Source: Kofleriaceae bacterium | GTDB taxonomy: Bacteria > Myxococcota_A > Polyangia > Haliangiales > Haliangiaceae | DNA length: 38,800 nt | Reading direction: 5' to 3' | NCBI GenBank assembly: GCA_046597055.1 | Contig: JBKJLC010000186.1 | Location: forward strand, 1-38,800 | Shown here: piece after piece, positions 38,625-38,800 of the stretch | Position numbering within the stretch: position 1 is the first letter of the stretch | Layout of the letters: each line of letters begins with the position of its first letter | The notes under the pieces: model-generated | The model's database searches: none | Seen by the model: only the letters and a program-made list of their open reading frames with translations | Told to the model about the DNA's origin: nothing | Position numbers and translations under genes: made by a program

Positions 38625-38728
38625 GGAGGGGGAGGGGGAGAAGGAGAAGGAGAAGGAGAAGGAGAAGGAGAAGGAGAAGGAGAGGGAGAGGGAGAGGGAG
38701 AGGGAGAGGGAGAGGGAAAGGGAGAGGG
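38625..38728. repeat. 104-nt pure purine tract of 17 GGARRR hexamers
   Basis: (GGAGGG)2 (GGAGAA)7 (GGAGAG)6 GGAAAG GGAGAG GG; contains no C or T. Confidence 0.95.
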
Positions 38729-38757
38729 CCGGCCGGCGTAGGGCCGGCGGGCTGCGG

Positions 38758-38800
38758 TCACTCGACGGCGGTGATCACGAGCTCGCGAGTCTTGCCGGCC
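38758..38800 (-). CDS. 3' end of a gene running in from outside the window (possibly GreA/GreB-like C-terminus)
   Basis: ...AGKTRELVITAVE* with GC3-biased codons. Only 13 residues are visible, so the identity is a guess. Confidence 0.35.
   Translation of the reverse strand, partial: AGKTRELVITAVE

Overview
Very GC-rich bacterial DNA, most likely from a myxobacterium. This is inferred from an MXAN_5187-family gene, a DUF1592/DUF1552 pair, a DUF4157 protein, a C-type lectin lipoprotein and RoxA-like cytochromes. Gene order, left to right: (1) a four-helix-bundle (IVS/Avd-like) gene facing a 5'-truncated paralog, with hexamer-periodic repeats; (2) TPR/beta-propeller protein, queE, Tat-lipoprotein intradiol dioxygenase, B12 radical SAM; (3) DUF1592-DUF1552, DUF389, CPA1 antiporter; (4) an accessory block with a frameshifted FHA-like gene, two tandem di-heme RoxA-like lipoproteins and a DUF4157 protein coupled to a HEAT lipoprotein; (5) an orphan mini-spike/PAAR/Zn-ribbon methyltransferase cassette; (6) NRDE, Nudix, MXAN_5187-family, C-type lectin; (7) a minus-strand run trmH - PBP1A - FG-GAP - family-5 SBP - histidine kinase. 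Best leads: a 471-bp in-frame REP-array insertion with a 9-bp direct repeat at the SBP start; the four-helix-bundle/hexamer-repeat locus; the tube-less spike-PAAR-methyltransferase cassette next to a DUF4157 toxin/immunity-like pair; and repeated leaderless-type TANNNT boxes. Family names come from motif recognition by eye, not database searches.
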